Shown here: in pieces, positions 1 to 14,093 of the stretch
How positions within the stretch are numbered: position 1 is the first letter of the stretch
Layout: each line of letters opens with the position of its first letter
Source of the DNA: Mizuhopecten yessoensis
Taxonomy: Eukaryota
DNA: 64,000 nucleotides
NCBI RefSeq assembly: GCF_002113885.1
Contig: NW_018406643.1
Location: 238,136-302,135, forward strand
Reading direction: 5' to 3'
The notes under the pieces: model-generated
Database searches by the model: none
What the model saw: the letters and a program-made list of their open reading frames with translations, nothing else
What the model was told of the DNA's origin: nothing
Made by a program: the position numbers and the translations under genes

Positions 1-300
1 TACTAGAATTGGTGCATAATTTATATACAGGTTTTTTTTATAGAAAGTGGGAGTACAGCAATATGTAGGATTTACACAGGATGTTGGAATACTCATGATC
101 AGGGGTCATATTTTACAGGTTCACTGTATTACTATGTTATTAATCATTTCAAGGACATAATTTTTAGCATCAAAATATCTAGCACAGATGTATATTTATA
201 TATATGATAATATTATTTGCTTTTTAGACAAACAGACCTTAGTATTTAAATATTTATCTATAAAATATTTTCCAAATAGCGGCCATAAAGACATAATTAC

Positions 301-362
301 CTTTTCTGCTTCTTCGTACCTCGACTGCAGGGCATAGATGATAGCCAGGTTTAGATGGGCCA
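301..362 (-). CDS. TMTC2: TMTC2 exon 6, TPR (MAHLNLAIIYALQSRYEEAEK); gene continues beyond the window
   Basis: In frame with exon 5 (A+TG=Met) and fits a TPR helix. Acceptor TTATTTCAG, donor AAG|GTAATT. 62 nt, phase 1 to 0. Confidence 0.92.
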
Positions 363-447
363 CTGAAATAACAAAAATTAAATTAGGACTAGATTATTCT
401 CAAAGTTAGCACAATAAATCCATATACATGTATCTATCAACAAGTCA

Positions 448-1010
448 ATAAGCCTACGGTAATAAAGGGCCTGGGGCATTGTGGGTCATTTTTGGCCTGA
501 TAAAAAGTAAAAATTTCAACTTGAATTTATTTATCAATTTATATTATACATATCATACTCTACCATGGCAATGAATTTGCATTGACATGCAAAAATATCC
601 GAAATATGGTGTTTTTGGAAGTTAGCATGCACAATTGAAAGCCTCCCCATGTGACAAACAAAAATTCTTTTCTACGAATGAATACTGGTATGACAATGTC
701 AAATATTTATTTGCTTGGTGCATGCAGAGGCTTTCAAAGATTGAAGAGTAATGAATTTGCTTCAAAATGGACCAATTTGTAACCAAATAGCGCACAGCAG
801 ACGATATTTAGACATTTTATTATGAAAATACGGGTTTATGTCTCTCTTTGAAATGCCATATATCTCCCAAGCCAGTTGTCAAATGAATTTAAAATTTCAT
901 ATTTGCGTACTTCATTTATTCCATATTACGAATATAACTAATTCTAAATCCCTGATGAGGCCGGAAATGCCCCTGAATGCCCTTAGTCCATATTGTGATT
1001 TATATTTTAA
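448..1010. mobile_element. Old non-autonomous DNA transposon (MITE), about 560 bp
   Basis: Imperfect ~35-bp subterminal inverted repeats (GGGCATTGTGGGTCATTTTTGGCCTGAT / ATGAGGCCGGAAATGCCCCTGAATGCCC) and an internal IR (TTGAAAGCCTC / GAGGCTTTCAA). Confidence 0.5.
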
Positions 1011-2532
1011 GGATCCTTGTACAACTGCCTCAGACAGCATGCAGAAGGACAGAGATCCATTCCCATAGCAGCCTGGCACAGTACAGTGGAGCCCAATTAA
1101 TTCGGCCACCACTACTGTGTATGTTTTGTCTCGTGTGACCATTAATCAAGTTTTGTCTCACCATCTAACCAGAAGTATAGGCTAGTTTAGGGGAAACAGA
1201 AGACTGGATTTTAGTTTACATGCAATCTTATATGAGATTTTTCCACCTCTTTTCTGCAGGGGCCTGTGCATGTAATTTTGGGAAACTACTATACATACAA
1301 AGCTTGATTTCTGGAAAATAGAGTGATTTTTTTTATTGACACTGGGAAAATACAGCAGAAATTTTCCTGGGGAAGGGGCCTTATGATGGCCCCAAATTCA
1401 CCTTAAAACAATCACTGGCTGATGATATATCTTTTGTCAAGAGCCCGGAAACCTGCCCATCTCCATAACGTTATACACCGTATAGATACTCTATAGGGAA
1501 TACAGGTGATAATTGTAGAGAAACATAGCCAGTATAGGGACATACATGGTATATTTTTATACAAATCTCCTTCCATCTCATAGTCCAGCTAGTGTTGCTG
1601 AAGATAAATCTGACTGGATTATCAAGATTAGCTCCACTATACATTTGTATATTATACCAGAAGTCAGTTTGCCAAGGAAAAGTATTTTCTTGAATTTAAG
1701 TGTTTATATGAGAATTTTCATATTCCCTGTTCTCATATATAGTCTTGTGTAAACTTGAATTTCTTATTCATTAATGTTAAAGAAAATTCAAATAAAAAAA
1801 AATGAATTGAAATGATAACTTTGAGAAAATTTGGCACCAGCCAAGTTCCAAATCTTCAGATATATCACATTACAGTTTGATATTCAATCCTGTACATGTG
1901 AAATCCTGTACTACCAGTATGCCAATATATTCACCAACAAAAGGCTAGGTCTAAGTTCACTGTGGTATACAGGTATATTGGTAAAGATATTCAAAATATC
2001 ATGCTGATACAATCTCTAGATTCATTCCCCTGATATCAAATGCATGCAGTCGAGATTTTATCTTTAAATATTGCAATTTTCCAGTTAATTGTTAACATGT
2101 CCGACAGTAAAATATCGCAGTGTGAATGTTAAAACCACACAAAAATGCAGCTTCTGTTTTTTCACAGAATATATTTAAAAGATATATAACTTTTATTATT
2201 ATATTTAATGATAGGTTGAAAATAGATTTCTGGCAGACAGCTATTTAATTACATGGTCACAATAATGTACCTATTGAACTTTTATGTTGAATTTTGACTC
2301 CTGGGTGTGGCCCCTTTTATTTTCTGAGGGCCCTAATTCTAAATGAATATAAACACAAACTTATCTGTTTCATTAACAGAAATTCTAGAAATTGTAATCA
2401 TCAAGAATATAGATAATCTAAAATTCAATTTTTCATATTTTAATTGTTTGCAGTAAAGAAACACGACTGAATCTCATAAAGATTTCATATTACCAGCTAT
2501 TAATTACTACTAAGTAATCCTTCACTACTTAG

Positions 2533-3090
2533 TACAGTGTGTGTTTTAACGGAGCATGATCGGAACTAAAACATTTGTCCGCTTTAAACAGGGTCCAGAT
2601 TTTAAAGTGATGTCAAAAACATTTTAGAAACAGATATTACATGTAAACAGGGATCCCTATCCCACTGCACTCCGATTTTTCAAATATACAGTTACCTCCC
2701 CTCAATTTCCAACAAGGTATGTTTTTTTCTTTCTTTTCAGAAATGATTTATCCAAGCTAAAGTCATGCAGGAATAAACAGTTTCCAATACGTAGTACAAG
2801 TTTTTGGTACTGGTACGGGAGAACATTTAACATTCTAGTGTAACAATGTAAACAAAAATATAACATATCTAATGTCAGTAAAATAGCATTTTTTGTATTA
2901 ATAAAGATTAAAGCATAATGATCATTAAAACAATGCCAGTTTTTCCCGAGTAGACAGGGTCCTGATTTAACACAGGGTAGATAGACACTATAATTAAAGA
3001 TCGGAAAAAGCTCACTTGGACTAAATATCAAATCTGATATAGACAGGGATCCGAATTAGAAAGGGGCCTGTTTATACAGATTATACTGTA
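2533..3090. mobile_element. Degraded Tc1/pogo-like MITE
   Basis: TACAGT...ACTGTA ends (TA TSD) and repeated ACAGGG(T/A)(T)CC subrepeats. A similar right end (CAGGTTCACTGTA) lies at ~116-128. Confidence 0.45.
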
Positions 3091-3819
3091 CTCTTACAAC
3101 ATGGAATCAGTAATTCCTTTTACATTGTTTCTGAAGTACACAGCTAAAAGAATGGAATTTGTCTGTACTATTATTACCATGGTTTTCAGATGTAGCAAAT
3201 ACTTTCATTCTTTTAAAATGTGCAGGAATTCATCAATCTATCTACATTCAGTACTCTCCGGCATTCGATCAAATTCTCCATGAGAACCTAATTAAATGCA
3301 TTTTGTTATGTAACTCTTCTTGCTAAAGGTAGAAATGTCGGGATAATAGTGTACGATCCTTTGCAGCAGAGAAGAAAGCCAGTCAAACACTTGTTACAGC
3401 ACAGACTTGTATCATTAATTCTGTTTGAGGGTAGACTTCTCTTTGGTAGGTGTTATGATTACATAAACATAAGCCCAGCTTCAAAGGTCAATTACACCAG
3501 GGAAAAAGGCTATGGATCCAGACAACAATAGCTGTATATAAGGACGTGGAGTCTCCCAGGACATAATAAACCAGCAGTTTGGGATACAAATTGGTTAACT
3601 TCTACAAATCTATACCCTACCATGTAAGGCAAGCGGTATGCATAGATCAATTTATTGAGCTTGTCCTTTTTACTGTTCTCCGCTTCAAATGGTCCCTGGG
3701 ATCTGAAGTTCAGTTATACATCAATACAAGCCTTCATAGCTCTGTCAAATAAAGGCTTTAGTAGTCATCTGGTGACTTGGTGGAAACAGCAGTATAGGAG
3801 AGATATAACTGGTAACTGC

Positions 3820-5000
3820 TATGTATAACAATTGCCCCTACACACTTTTTCTGTATAAGAGGTGCCTCCTATAGTAAATGCCCCCTGCATGCTTTCTCTA
3901 TGTAAGAGGTGCCCCTCTAGATCTATTAACTATCTGTATAACAGATGCCCCCTGCAACGCTTTCCCTGTATAAGATGTGCCCGAGCCCTCTATTTATTAT
4001 TTCTACAAGAAATGCCCCACATTTTCTAGTAAAAGAGACAGATGCCATCTATTAACTCTGTATAACAGATGCCCCCTATTAACTCTCTGTAGAACAAGTG
4101 CCCCTATTAACTCTCCATGTAACAGATGCCACTATTAACTCTCCGTGTAACAGATGCCACTATTAACAACTCTCTGTATAACAGATGCCCCCTATTCACT
4201 CACTGTACAACAGATGCCCCCTATTCACTCTCTGTATAACAGATGCCCACTATTAACGCTCTGTAGAACAAGTGCCCCTATTAACTCTTCGTGTAACAGA
4301 TGCCACTATTCACTCTCTGTATACCAGATACCCCCTATTCACTCTCTGTATAACAGATGTACCCTATTCACTCTATGTATACCAGATACCCCCTATTCAC
4401 TCTCTGTATAACAGATGCCCCCTATTAACTCTCTGTATAACAGGTGCCCATATTAACTCTCTGTATAACAGATTCCCCCTTTTCACTCTCTGTATAACAG
4501 ATGCCCCCTATTCACTCTCTGTATACCAGATACCCCCTATTAACTCTCTGTATAACAGGTGCCCATATTCACTCTCTGTATAACAGATTCCCCCTTTTCA
4601 CTCTCTGTATAACAGATGCCCCCTATTAACTCTCTGTATAACAGATTCCCCCTATTCACTCTCTGTATAAAAGATGCCCCCTATTAACCCTCTGTACAAC
4701 ATCTGCCCCCTATTAACTCTCTGTAACAGGTGCCCCCTGTACCCTTTCTCTGTATAACAAGTGCCCCTATTAACTCTCTGTAAAACAGATGCCCTTTTTT
4801 AACTCTCTGCATAACAGGTGCCTCCTATTAACTCTCTATATAACAGGTGCCCCCAATAAACTGTCTGTATAACAGATGCCCCCCTGCATATTTTCCCTGT
4901 ATAACATATGCCCCCTATTAACTCTCTGTTAAACAGGTGCCCGTATTAACTCTGTAAAACAAATAGCCTCTGCACACGTTTTTATGTAACAGGTGCTCAT
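3820..5000. repeat. Minisatellite, 28-29-bp unit TATTAACTCTCTGTATAACAGATGCCCCC, about 40 copies
   Basis: Directly visible tandem array with a homogeneous core (4050-4930) and degenerate flanks. Confidence 0.95.
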
Positions 5001-7522
5001 TACCATTTTTTTTGTCTACCACTGGTGTCGTTGCCCACTTTCCCTGTATCATTTATGTGTGCTTTCTGCCCAGATCACAATATACACTATGTACGTGTCT
5101 CTCTGCCCATTCACATGTAATAACAGGTACAACTATATGTTAAGTATATTGCATTCTAGATATTCTCCTATGAATATCCTAGCTTCTTGTCTACATATTC
5201 CTAAAAATCTCACATAAGCAGGTTTTTCACACGATAATTGTCCATACTACAGGAACTGCCCCTAGTCATGCAATCTCTATGATACCACAGTTAATTAGCT
5301 CTTGGCTCTGTTCTGATCTTCTTCCGTAAGATTAGGTTACCTTACATATACATACATGTGTACATTCATACCTGTTTAAAACCCACAGAACCGATATTAT
5401 GTCGTTATGTAATATACCTTTTACAGGGTTTAAATGTTTGATCGTCATAGTTGGCGGCGACAAAAAGTCCACACCCATCTCGTAATCAATTTATATCACA
5501 TTTCCAGCCCGCAAAAAACGTTTGCACCCTATCCATGCATCAATGAATCGAATAAATTCATAAATGGATTTTAAAAGAGTGTAGTTCCATAGTAAGTGTA
5601 AACATTGAAATATATTTGAATATCTATCGAACACACAGACCTGTGTTAAATTAACTGATACATCACTAAGATGTCCTATCTTTCGAGTTATGTGACAAAT
5701 TGTACACAGCCTTCCTACACCTTATTAAACATGTAACCCACCGGTCCAACACATGAATTAGCATGCGAATTGTGGGATAATGCGTCCCAAGTTCTATACC
5801 CAGTGTTTGATCAATATTCATGTGCAGCACATTTCGTGCCCTGTAGCACTGATTGATGCTTTCTACACCCCACCAGTAAAGCCCCAGGACCACATAGACA
5901 ACGATCACGCATACATAAATCTACATTAGAGACCACGACTGTACGTCCAGTTACGTTTTCAAAGGAGGAGAATGAATCAATTTGCAAAAAATGTTTGTAA
6001 ATTATGAAATCATATTCCTTTCATATTTACAGAATGCACAAAAACAAAGAGCCTCTTGGGGCCTGTATATTACTGAAACGTTTCTTTGATTTTATCTTTG
6101 AAGATGAAAAAGTAAAATTAATACCTGTGATAAACTTTAAAACCTGCATTATGTAGAACATACTCTTTTGTCACAATGGATTCCACATGCTAAGATTCAA
6201 GAGATCTACATGTACTTCTCAGCATCACAAGAACAATATTTTTTCATTTTGTTGTCTTTCGAAACCTCCTATGAATTATATCGGTGAGTAAAATATCTGT
6301 TAATGAATTTCAAGTTTTAATTGACATTAAAGGCCAAGGAGGGGGTGNGCAGGATAACTTTCTAAGTTTTTCTATTAACTTCACAATGTCTTTATGGCAG
6401 TACTTATTTCATTGTACCCTACAAGTAATTACTTCTATGTTTCTTGAAGGAGATGTTTCCTTAAAGGCCAGGGAGGGGGGTATAAAAGGGAGACAACTTG
6501 GGAAAATGGCTGGAAATACAAAATGTTGGCAGCCTTCACTTCAGAGAAAGATTTTCTTTGATTTCATGTTTTTCAATAACATATCAGATTAACATTTTGT
6601 CATGGTTAGTTTATCATGTAATGGGGGAATTGGCTTACAAGAACAAAACTAACGCTATTATTATGTACGTACATAAAAAGTTCAATTAAAATGAGCAGTA
6701 TGAGAAATCATATTCCTTTATAGCTGGTATGGATACAGTTTTACTGGTGACATCACAATGCAAACATTTCAATGAGGTCAAAGTTCAGCATCATTGCTGC
6801 AACAGCTGTCCAAACTATTATCACATACTGCCATAGTGAAGCATACACTATATCAACTCTGTTAAAGATCATCCAAAAATAAGGATATCATTATTTCACT
6901 AAAAAGACAATATCCATCATCATCTGCCCAAGATACTGTACCAATGTAAAGTTAACTGCCAAACCCACTCCATAGACTGGAGATTTTATTAAAAGCCGAC
7001 TAGAATCAAGATATGAAATATCGATCACCAGACTTGAATAAAAACCATTTGCAAAAGATGTCTACATGTCAACATATACCAGAAGCTGCATAAGCCATAC
7101 CATAGTACACACTTTTTATCCTTTTGCCTGAAAAGTCAAAACTGCTAGAAAAAGTCTTACATGATTCCAATATATCGTTATATTTCAGGCTGTGAGTCGA
7201 GACTCAGATGACGCAGTGGAATGTTCTGTATCCTGTTAAAAGCAGCTGTCAATGTTTATGATCAGCTGAGACAGTGAGGAAATGGATGAACATTGATTCT
7301 AGACCCTGACACAATCAATTTCAAGTTCAAGATTGAAAAGGCAAATTTTGCAGACTATTATTGTAGTGTATTTATGTGTTCACTTTATAAGAATATTATC
7401 TCCTTTAAGGTGTAATATATATAATGATTTATATTCATATAGGCCTATTTACCACATTACATGTACCTAGGTATATATAATCTAAAACACACATACCAGG
7501 TAATATTTTACGGTTACTTTAA

Positions 7523-7762
7523 TTTATAGTATACAATATATATATATACTGCATTTATAGTATACAATATATATATACTGCATTTATAGTATACAATATA
7601 TATATACTGCATTTATAGTATACAATATATATATACTGCATTTATAGTATACAATATATATATACTGCATTTATAGTATACAATATATATATACTGCATT
7701 TATAGTATACAATATATATATACTGCATTTATAGTATACAATATATATACATATATACTGCA
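7523..7762. repeat. Minisatellite, ~29-bp unit TTTATAGTATACAATATATATATACTGCA, about 8 copies
   Basis: Near-perfect tandem copies varying only in (TA)n number. Confidence 0.95.
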
Positions 7763-8308
7763 CAACACTTATATTTACTGTGTTACACATAGAAAACTTT
7801 ATTTTCACACAGGTTTTATATTCGCTGTAAATAACAGGAAATAGATAAACAATTTCAACATCAATTTGTTGCACCATTATTGAACATGTACACTATTATA
7901 ATGTTGTCTAAAATCTAAACCCAAAAACTTGCCTCAAGAACAAAACTCTCAAGAGTTTGACACTGCTAAATTAACCGTACAGTAGCTTTATCTTTTTAAT
8001 TCTAAAATATTAAAAATATTCCTTGTTTGAGTTAAAGATAGATGGACGTTTGATCTGCGTCGTGATTCTCATTTACCCTCGTAATGGTCTTATATCTTTT
8101 ATAATTGGCAGCAACTAAGCAAGGAACCTTAATTTTGACAGCCCTCCCTGTCTTCCTTTTACCCTTTAAAGTTTGAAAGTGGCTAAAAAAGTACATGGCA
8201 AATCATTTCTTAATCTTATTCAACTATTTATCTACAATATTCTAGTTTGTGACTAGATGTACTGGTAATTTCTGCATCATGGTAAAATGCTATGTGTGAA
8301 TACAATTT

Positions 8309-8376
8309 TTAAAATGGACTTGCCCAGCCTTTGATTTGGTAAGGTTCAAATGTGACTTGAGAGGTGAATGAGTTAA
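8309..8376 (+). mobile_element. TTAA MITE subfamily B, left-truncated copy
   Basis: TGGACTTGCCCAGCCTTTGATTTGGTAAGGTTCAAATGTGACTT...GGTGAATGAGTTAA matches the copy at 14094. Confidence 0.85.
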
Positions 8377-11289
8377 TAATCATCTCCCTTCTCCATCCTC
8401 GACCCCCTCCCCCACCAAAAAAAATCTTCAAACACTTCTAGTTGCAAGTTGGAGACACTGTGTATAATGTAGCAAATTCTGTATTGTGTTTAAAGCCTCT
8501 ACCAGAATATATTGTTATATTTGAATCTTTGATCATTTCCAGTTGCGAGTTAGAGACCCATGTATCGAGCTGAAAGTTCTGTATCACATTTGAAAGCCTC
8601 TACCAGAATGTTTATGATTCGGAGCCAGTGACAGGAGCAGGGTATGATGGTGAACATTGATTTTAGACAGTGACATCTGAGCCCAGTATAACAACATGAT
8701 TCCAATCCTGGCACAAAGGCTTGTCAAACGATCACTGGCTGTCTGGCATACCCACACACTGGAAATCAAATTTATAAGGTTGTCATATTCTCAATTTTGT
8801 TTGATGAGGAATCAATACGATACAACACCGTTAACACTACACGACGACCCCGTATAGCACGCGTAGCGTAGGGACCCAGACATCGCACAGCGCATCACTG
8901 CCGCTGTCTCCTGGGATCCCGCCGTCGTGAGTGCAGTGTGCAGACGAAACGACGGGAAATTGAAACATCCGAAAAAATAATTATCAGGTCACAGCGACCT
9001 GTCAAGGTAATTACACAATTAGAAATCATGATTATAGCCACATGGATTCAATAACGTCCAGAAAGCAGAAACTGATTTAAAGTCCTTTCTTCTCTCTAAA
9101 AGGTTGAATCTGGGGAAATACTATGAAAGTCTTAAAACTGTCAAAAGCGATTTCCGAAACCATGTTGAAAATAGAAATGACAAAAAGAGTTCCACCATAT
9201 AGTTTGTTTACAGCGATATTCAATTATCTAGAAACTAAATGCTATGGATTATTTCAATGAAGCTGAAAGCAACATTATGACAGAATGTGGCAGTAATTTT
9301 CTGACAAAACTCAATGGACCCATATTCATAAAGCCTGTCTCCATTAAAACACAGATTTTATTCTCAACCTTGGTTCACTATTCAAGCCAGAAGAACCTCT
9401 TAATACGTTGAAAAAAATTCTCATCATTTCATATTTTGTGTTTGTTTAACTTATGGCCGAGTAAACACATTCATGTTGAATTATTGCTCTTTGATACCAC
9501 CATAAGAAATCAGACAGTTACAAGTAAGTTTATTAGTGCATATTTATCTGGAGTTTGAGCACTTTTTTATGACCACGCACCACGCATGCGTGGTACTGGA
9601 TATGATTGAGATGATTCCGAAGACATATTAGTTCCCATACTGAAATCAATGATTTCATATTAAATTGAGGCAAAGCTTAGAGTTATGTAATATCTGAAAT
9701 GAGTGTTACTTCAAGTGTCATAAGCAATTCATCTATTAATTACTTAACATATTACATTTTTAATTCTATTCTATAAAGTTTTAATTAGCTTGTACTTAAA
9801 CTTTTTAATCATATTTATAGTAAATTAAGTAAATTGGAGTTAAAAAATTAAAAATTAAAATGCACAAATTTGATTTTGAATAGATTTTTTGCAAGATTTG
9901 AATCATGAATACATTACCTGATATACATTATTTCACTTCAAGTCACAATAATCAAATTCATATCAATCATGTTTATTATTACAGTGTTTTACGAATTCTA
10001 TGCTCCATCATTGATCTTCTAATCATCTTTTTAATTCTATGTTCATGCTTCCTTGAACATTATTTATTTATTGCTTGGATTCAACTGCTTATATGTCCTT
10101 GTTGATAGGATACTTATCAAAATAAAACTGCTCAAAAAATCATACTTTCACCATTTCTTGAAGTGTTCTTATAACGAGTTCAAACCAAATGAAGGCAGTG
10201 GAAAGTAAAGAAAGTTGATTTTAAAAATGAATATAACTGTCGCATTCCAAATAATTAATAGTCATCTCCATGCTTCAATACTTTTATTTTGTTCTAATAC
10301 CTAGAGGAACAGGACATAGAACCAAAAAGGTACAAATAATCGTCAAACTGGGAGACAGTGTAGGCTAAATACCAAGCATGGGTGTTTTACATGTTAATTA
10401 TGGTGATTATTTTACTGACTTTAATGATAATTCTATGACGTGTGATATCAGGACATCAATTTAATTATAACATATAGAAAATCTGGAGGCATTAAATACA
10501 CACCAACCTGCTCAACAAATAATACAGCCATTAAATGTTACTGGCTTCAGTTAATTACGGTTAAATTAACTATTGATGATGGATATAATGTTTCAATTTT
10601 GTTGGATGTTTTTTTACGATCTGCAGGGGAAACCCCTTGAACAATAGATGAATGGGTTAGACTTCAGTTCAAGTACATGGAAATAATTTTCCTAGGGCCT
10701 CAATCATTTCAGTTGTATGAATTCCTGACGGAATTGCTAGGATATCATTGATTTTGAAATATAGCTGAACTTGGAATAATGCCATTATTTTTATTCTTTA
10801 CAGAATTTTACTGGAATCACATCTTCAGTGATACTCATCGACTTTCTACGCCATCATTAGCTGGCCATAGTCATTAGGGAGACACCATTATTCAATTTAC
10901 CTCACCTATTATCTATATAATAATGTTCCTGGTATTCCCCATTCCCTACTGTGATAGATCGCACATCCCAAAGCTATAATTAGGACAAGCCGTCTAAAAC
11001 GCATCAAACCTCACAACAATGGTCTTGTTACATCACTATCACTATCACCAGTTCTTCAAAGTTTTTTTAAACTTGAAAATTTCACAATAAAATCACCTTG
11101 GATTCAAAATGATATCATTTCCAGACAGATTGAAACAAAATACTCTTATAAATTCTACAGATTGAAGAAAAAAAAAAAAAAAAAAGTCAAATTCAAATTT
11201 GCCCTTGTTGACCACCATTGGACGGCAAGGCATGCTATATGTATCTATTGGAAACCCAAGTGGCCACCAGTGATCGTGTGCAAACTTAC

Positions 11290-11375
11290 TTGAGAGTTTA
11301 GGGCGACACTGTATTGCTCGTTTGTAACTTTCAATGGCTTCTTCGTACCTCTTCTGGTCTTGTAATAAAATTCCC
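11290..11375 (-). CDS. TMTC2: TMTC2 exon 5, TPR (GILLQDQKRYEEAIESYKRAIQCRPKLS)
   Basis: TPR consensus in frame with exon 4 (CT+G=Leu). Acceptor CTAATGTTCGCAG, donor A|GTAAGT. 86 nt, phase 2 to 1. Confidence 0.95.
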
Positions 11376-12675
11376 CTGCGAACATTAGAACAAATGGCAG
11401 TATGAAAACATGTCTCACATGAAACAAGATTCCGTTGGTTGTGACAATTCGAGTGCCTTTGTCTGTTACCGCTAACAGGTGTAAATTGAAGTTTGACATC
11501 ATATTTCCTTGCGAGTAGATCGACGTCCAGAGCTCTTACACTTGTTCCGAGTATCTACATAAGTGGTGCACAATGAGGCCGTAGCCTTAGAATGACATCC
11601 GAGTGTTCCACCTCAATGTTTCGTCATATCAAATTCAATGTCATTGAAATATCAAGGATGTTCTTTAAACAGAAGTGGTCTTATATTTTTATAAGGATCT
11701 CTGTAAATTCACATACCTGTGCTCATATAAGGTAAGGGTCTGCTTAGTTGACCTATCTAAGGTAAGGTCATTACTTGGGACCACTCTAGGTCACTGAAGG
11801 TCATACTTGATACCAGATAAGTATTGCGTTTTCAATTCAAAATGTTTAAGTTTTCATTCTGCTTAGGGATATTCACATAAAATCTCTTTAACTGTATCTA
11901 TGATGTATCGTTTTGATATTATAACTTAATTTGCTCAAAGGACAACAGTGGAGGTTGAGAAGGTGTAAAAATCCTTCTGTACTTGAATCCTCAAGGTATT
12001 AAGTTCGTAATAAGGAGAATTAACTTTACACTTTAATAACATCGAGTGGAATTCTGAATTGGACTTTACTGGCTATGAATGGAATAAAGATCTAGTAGAT
12101 CAAAATTCATGTGAAATTTAATTCAAAATGTACATTAACAGATCTCAGCCATACTATCAGAAAACCTTTGTATTTATGAAAGTCATGGCCAGAAGGTCAT
12201 TCAAGTGTTGAGGTTAAACTCGACACAAAAGAGTGAACATTTTAAAATGTACTAAATATCATTATCAAGAACACAATTAATTGGTCATACAATAGCAGAA
12301 CATTAATTCTATATATGCAATGTTGTACCAGTATTTGCTGATCTAGGCATAAATGTATCAGAAATGCTATAATTCAAAAGTAATAATCTGTTCAGCAGTA
12401 TAATCTGGACAAAGTCACAATTGGCTTGTATGGGCTTCAGTGTTTTATCGCAGGAATCCACGAAATAAGCTACATATGTACTAGACTCTGTTACATTAAC
12501 TAAATATAAAGTATCAAGATTACCAAGTTTTAAATCAAAATTCAAGTGTCCAGACTAATAAGGATCCACTCACAAACACACAAAAAATTCCTAAGATTCT
12601 GTTCATTCAATGCCTGAAAGTATAAAGTCTGACACTATTTGACATGGTTTGATGAGCCATGTGTAGTAAAGTATT

Positions 12676-12766
12676 TTAACTCATTCACCCCTGAAGTTTC
12701 ATAATGAACTATTCCAACCTTTGAATTGGAAGAGTTCAAATGTGTCTCCAGGGGTTGATGAGTTAA
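12676..12766 (+). mobile_element. piggyBac-like TTAA MITE, subfamily A (83 bp plus TTAA x2)
   Basis: TTAA-CTCATTCACCCCTG...CAGGGGTTGATGAG-TTAA; multiple copies in the window. Confidence 0.9.
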
Positions 12767-12774
12767 GGACTCAC

Positions 12775-12889
12775 AGGTTGTAATGGGTGTCGGCCATGTT
12801 GGATCTGTGGATGAGGGCATTTCGGTAGGCTGTCTCTGCTTCTCCTACTTTGCCCTGACTGTTCAACACGTTGGCAAGGTTCCCCCACG
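12775..12889 (-). CDS. TMTC2: TMTC2 exon 4, TPR (AWGNLANVLNSQGKVGEAETAYRNALIHRSNMADTHYNL)
   Basis: TPR pattern continuing NPAK-AWGNL. Acceptor TTTCACAG|CG, donor CT|GTGAGT. 115 nt, phase 1 to 2. Not in the ORF track. Confidence 0.96.
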
Positions 12890-13597
12890 CTGTGAAATTA
12901 AAACATTTATTTTTGTAAGTATCGCAGATATTTCCGATGGTTAATACATTAATATAAATGTAAAACTGGCTATTATAACTGTCATCATTTTGCTTACATT
13001 GATGAGGACGTTTTAAGAAAGGAAAATGTAACTCATTCTATAATGTCATGATGCGTAGATTTTGGACAGTGAAGTAATATTGTTAGATTTTTCTTTACAT
13101 TTGAATATCAGTCACATATCTTTCTGTGTATCTAAATATATTATACTAAAACTTAAGTAATGCAAATACAATCTGAAGATCACATCATCATTAAAATAAA
13201 CATGTGTTGTGATTATTCCGTAGTCCCCCAACTTGATATGTTATCAAAGGGCCATAACTTTGTATATATTTTTAAAGGCCAATGATTCCTGATTTCAGTA
13301 TGTCACTTACAGTCAGAAGTGGCAGATGACAGAGTATATGACACTTATGCCTGACAATGAAATGGATAGTGGAAAAAAAGGTTTTGACTGTATATAGTGG
13401 AGCACAAGACCAGATTATAGCATGTGACACTTAGCCCTCTGTCTATCTACATAGTTAGAGTATATAATTCATGCAATCAGTACAATTTTTGAGGAGTTTG
13501 CAAAAGCTGTCTTATCAGGAACAACTAGCCCTATATGCCACCTGGTTTATATATCCATGTGTGTAAATGTCTGTCTGTCAGTTTGTTAAAGATGTTT

Positions 13598-13805
13598 CTT
13601 TTTCTGTTTTGAGGTTGGAATGAGCTTCCAACTGCATCCTTAATCACAAAGCCACCTCATTTGAAAGCTACAGCAGAAACACTGTAACACCCACCCCAGA
13701 CCATTTTATACTCCACCTGGTTTGGTGGAGTTGGCCACTTTCGGGATCAAACCCAAACCATCTGCATGGAAGGCTGGAGTGTAAACCACTCAACCAAAAC
13801 AGCTC
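13598..13805 (-). mobile_element. tRNA-derived SINE with Meta-like central domain
   Basis: Minus-strand A box TGGTTGAGTGG and B box GGTTTGATCCC. GTATAAAATGGTCTGGGGTGGGTG resembles the Meta domain. A-rich tail. Confidence 0.65.
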
Positions 13806-14093
13806 TTAATTAATTTGAAGTGCCTTTTGATTACTGTTTACAGAGCAACCTTAATCCAGTCAAATATTAACCGGTAAAATGTATGCTCACCCGATGTTAG
13901 TTTTACCTTTTACATGTACTATAAATATATGGTTCCTTGTCAACTTACATCAGCTCTCATGATGAATGTGCCCTCATTGTGGAGGTTGAAAAAGGTGAAA
14001 CTCATAATACTGCAATGAACATTTCCCGGTATACAGAATCTGAAGTCAACTCAAAATAATGGATGGATACATTTACCACTGATACAGCAAACA

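Noticed and set aside
3820-5000. 29-bp repeat array as CRISPR-like, and ORFs 4154..4411 and 4272..4583
   Set aside because: Units are head-to-tail with no unique spacers, the context is eukaryotic, and the ORFs are translations of the minisatellite.
11245-11502. 85-aa minus-strand ORF
   Set aside because: It overlaps exon 5 in the wrong frame; the TPR-coding frame is different.
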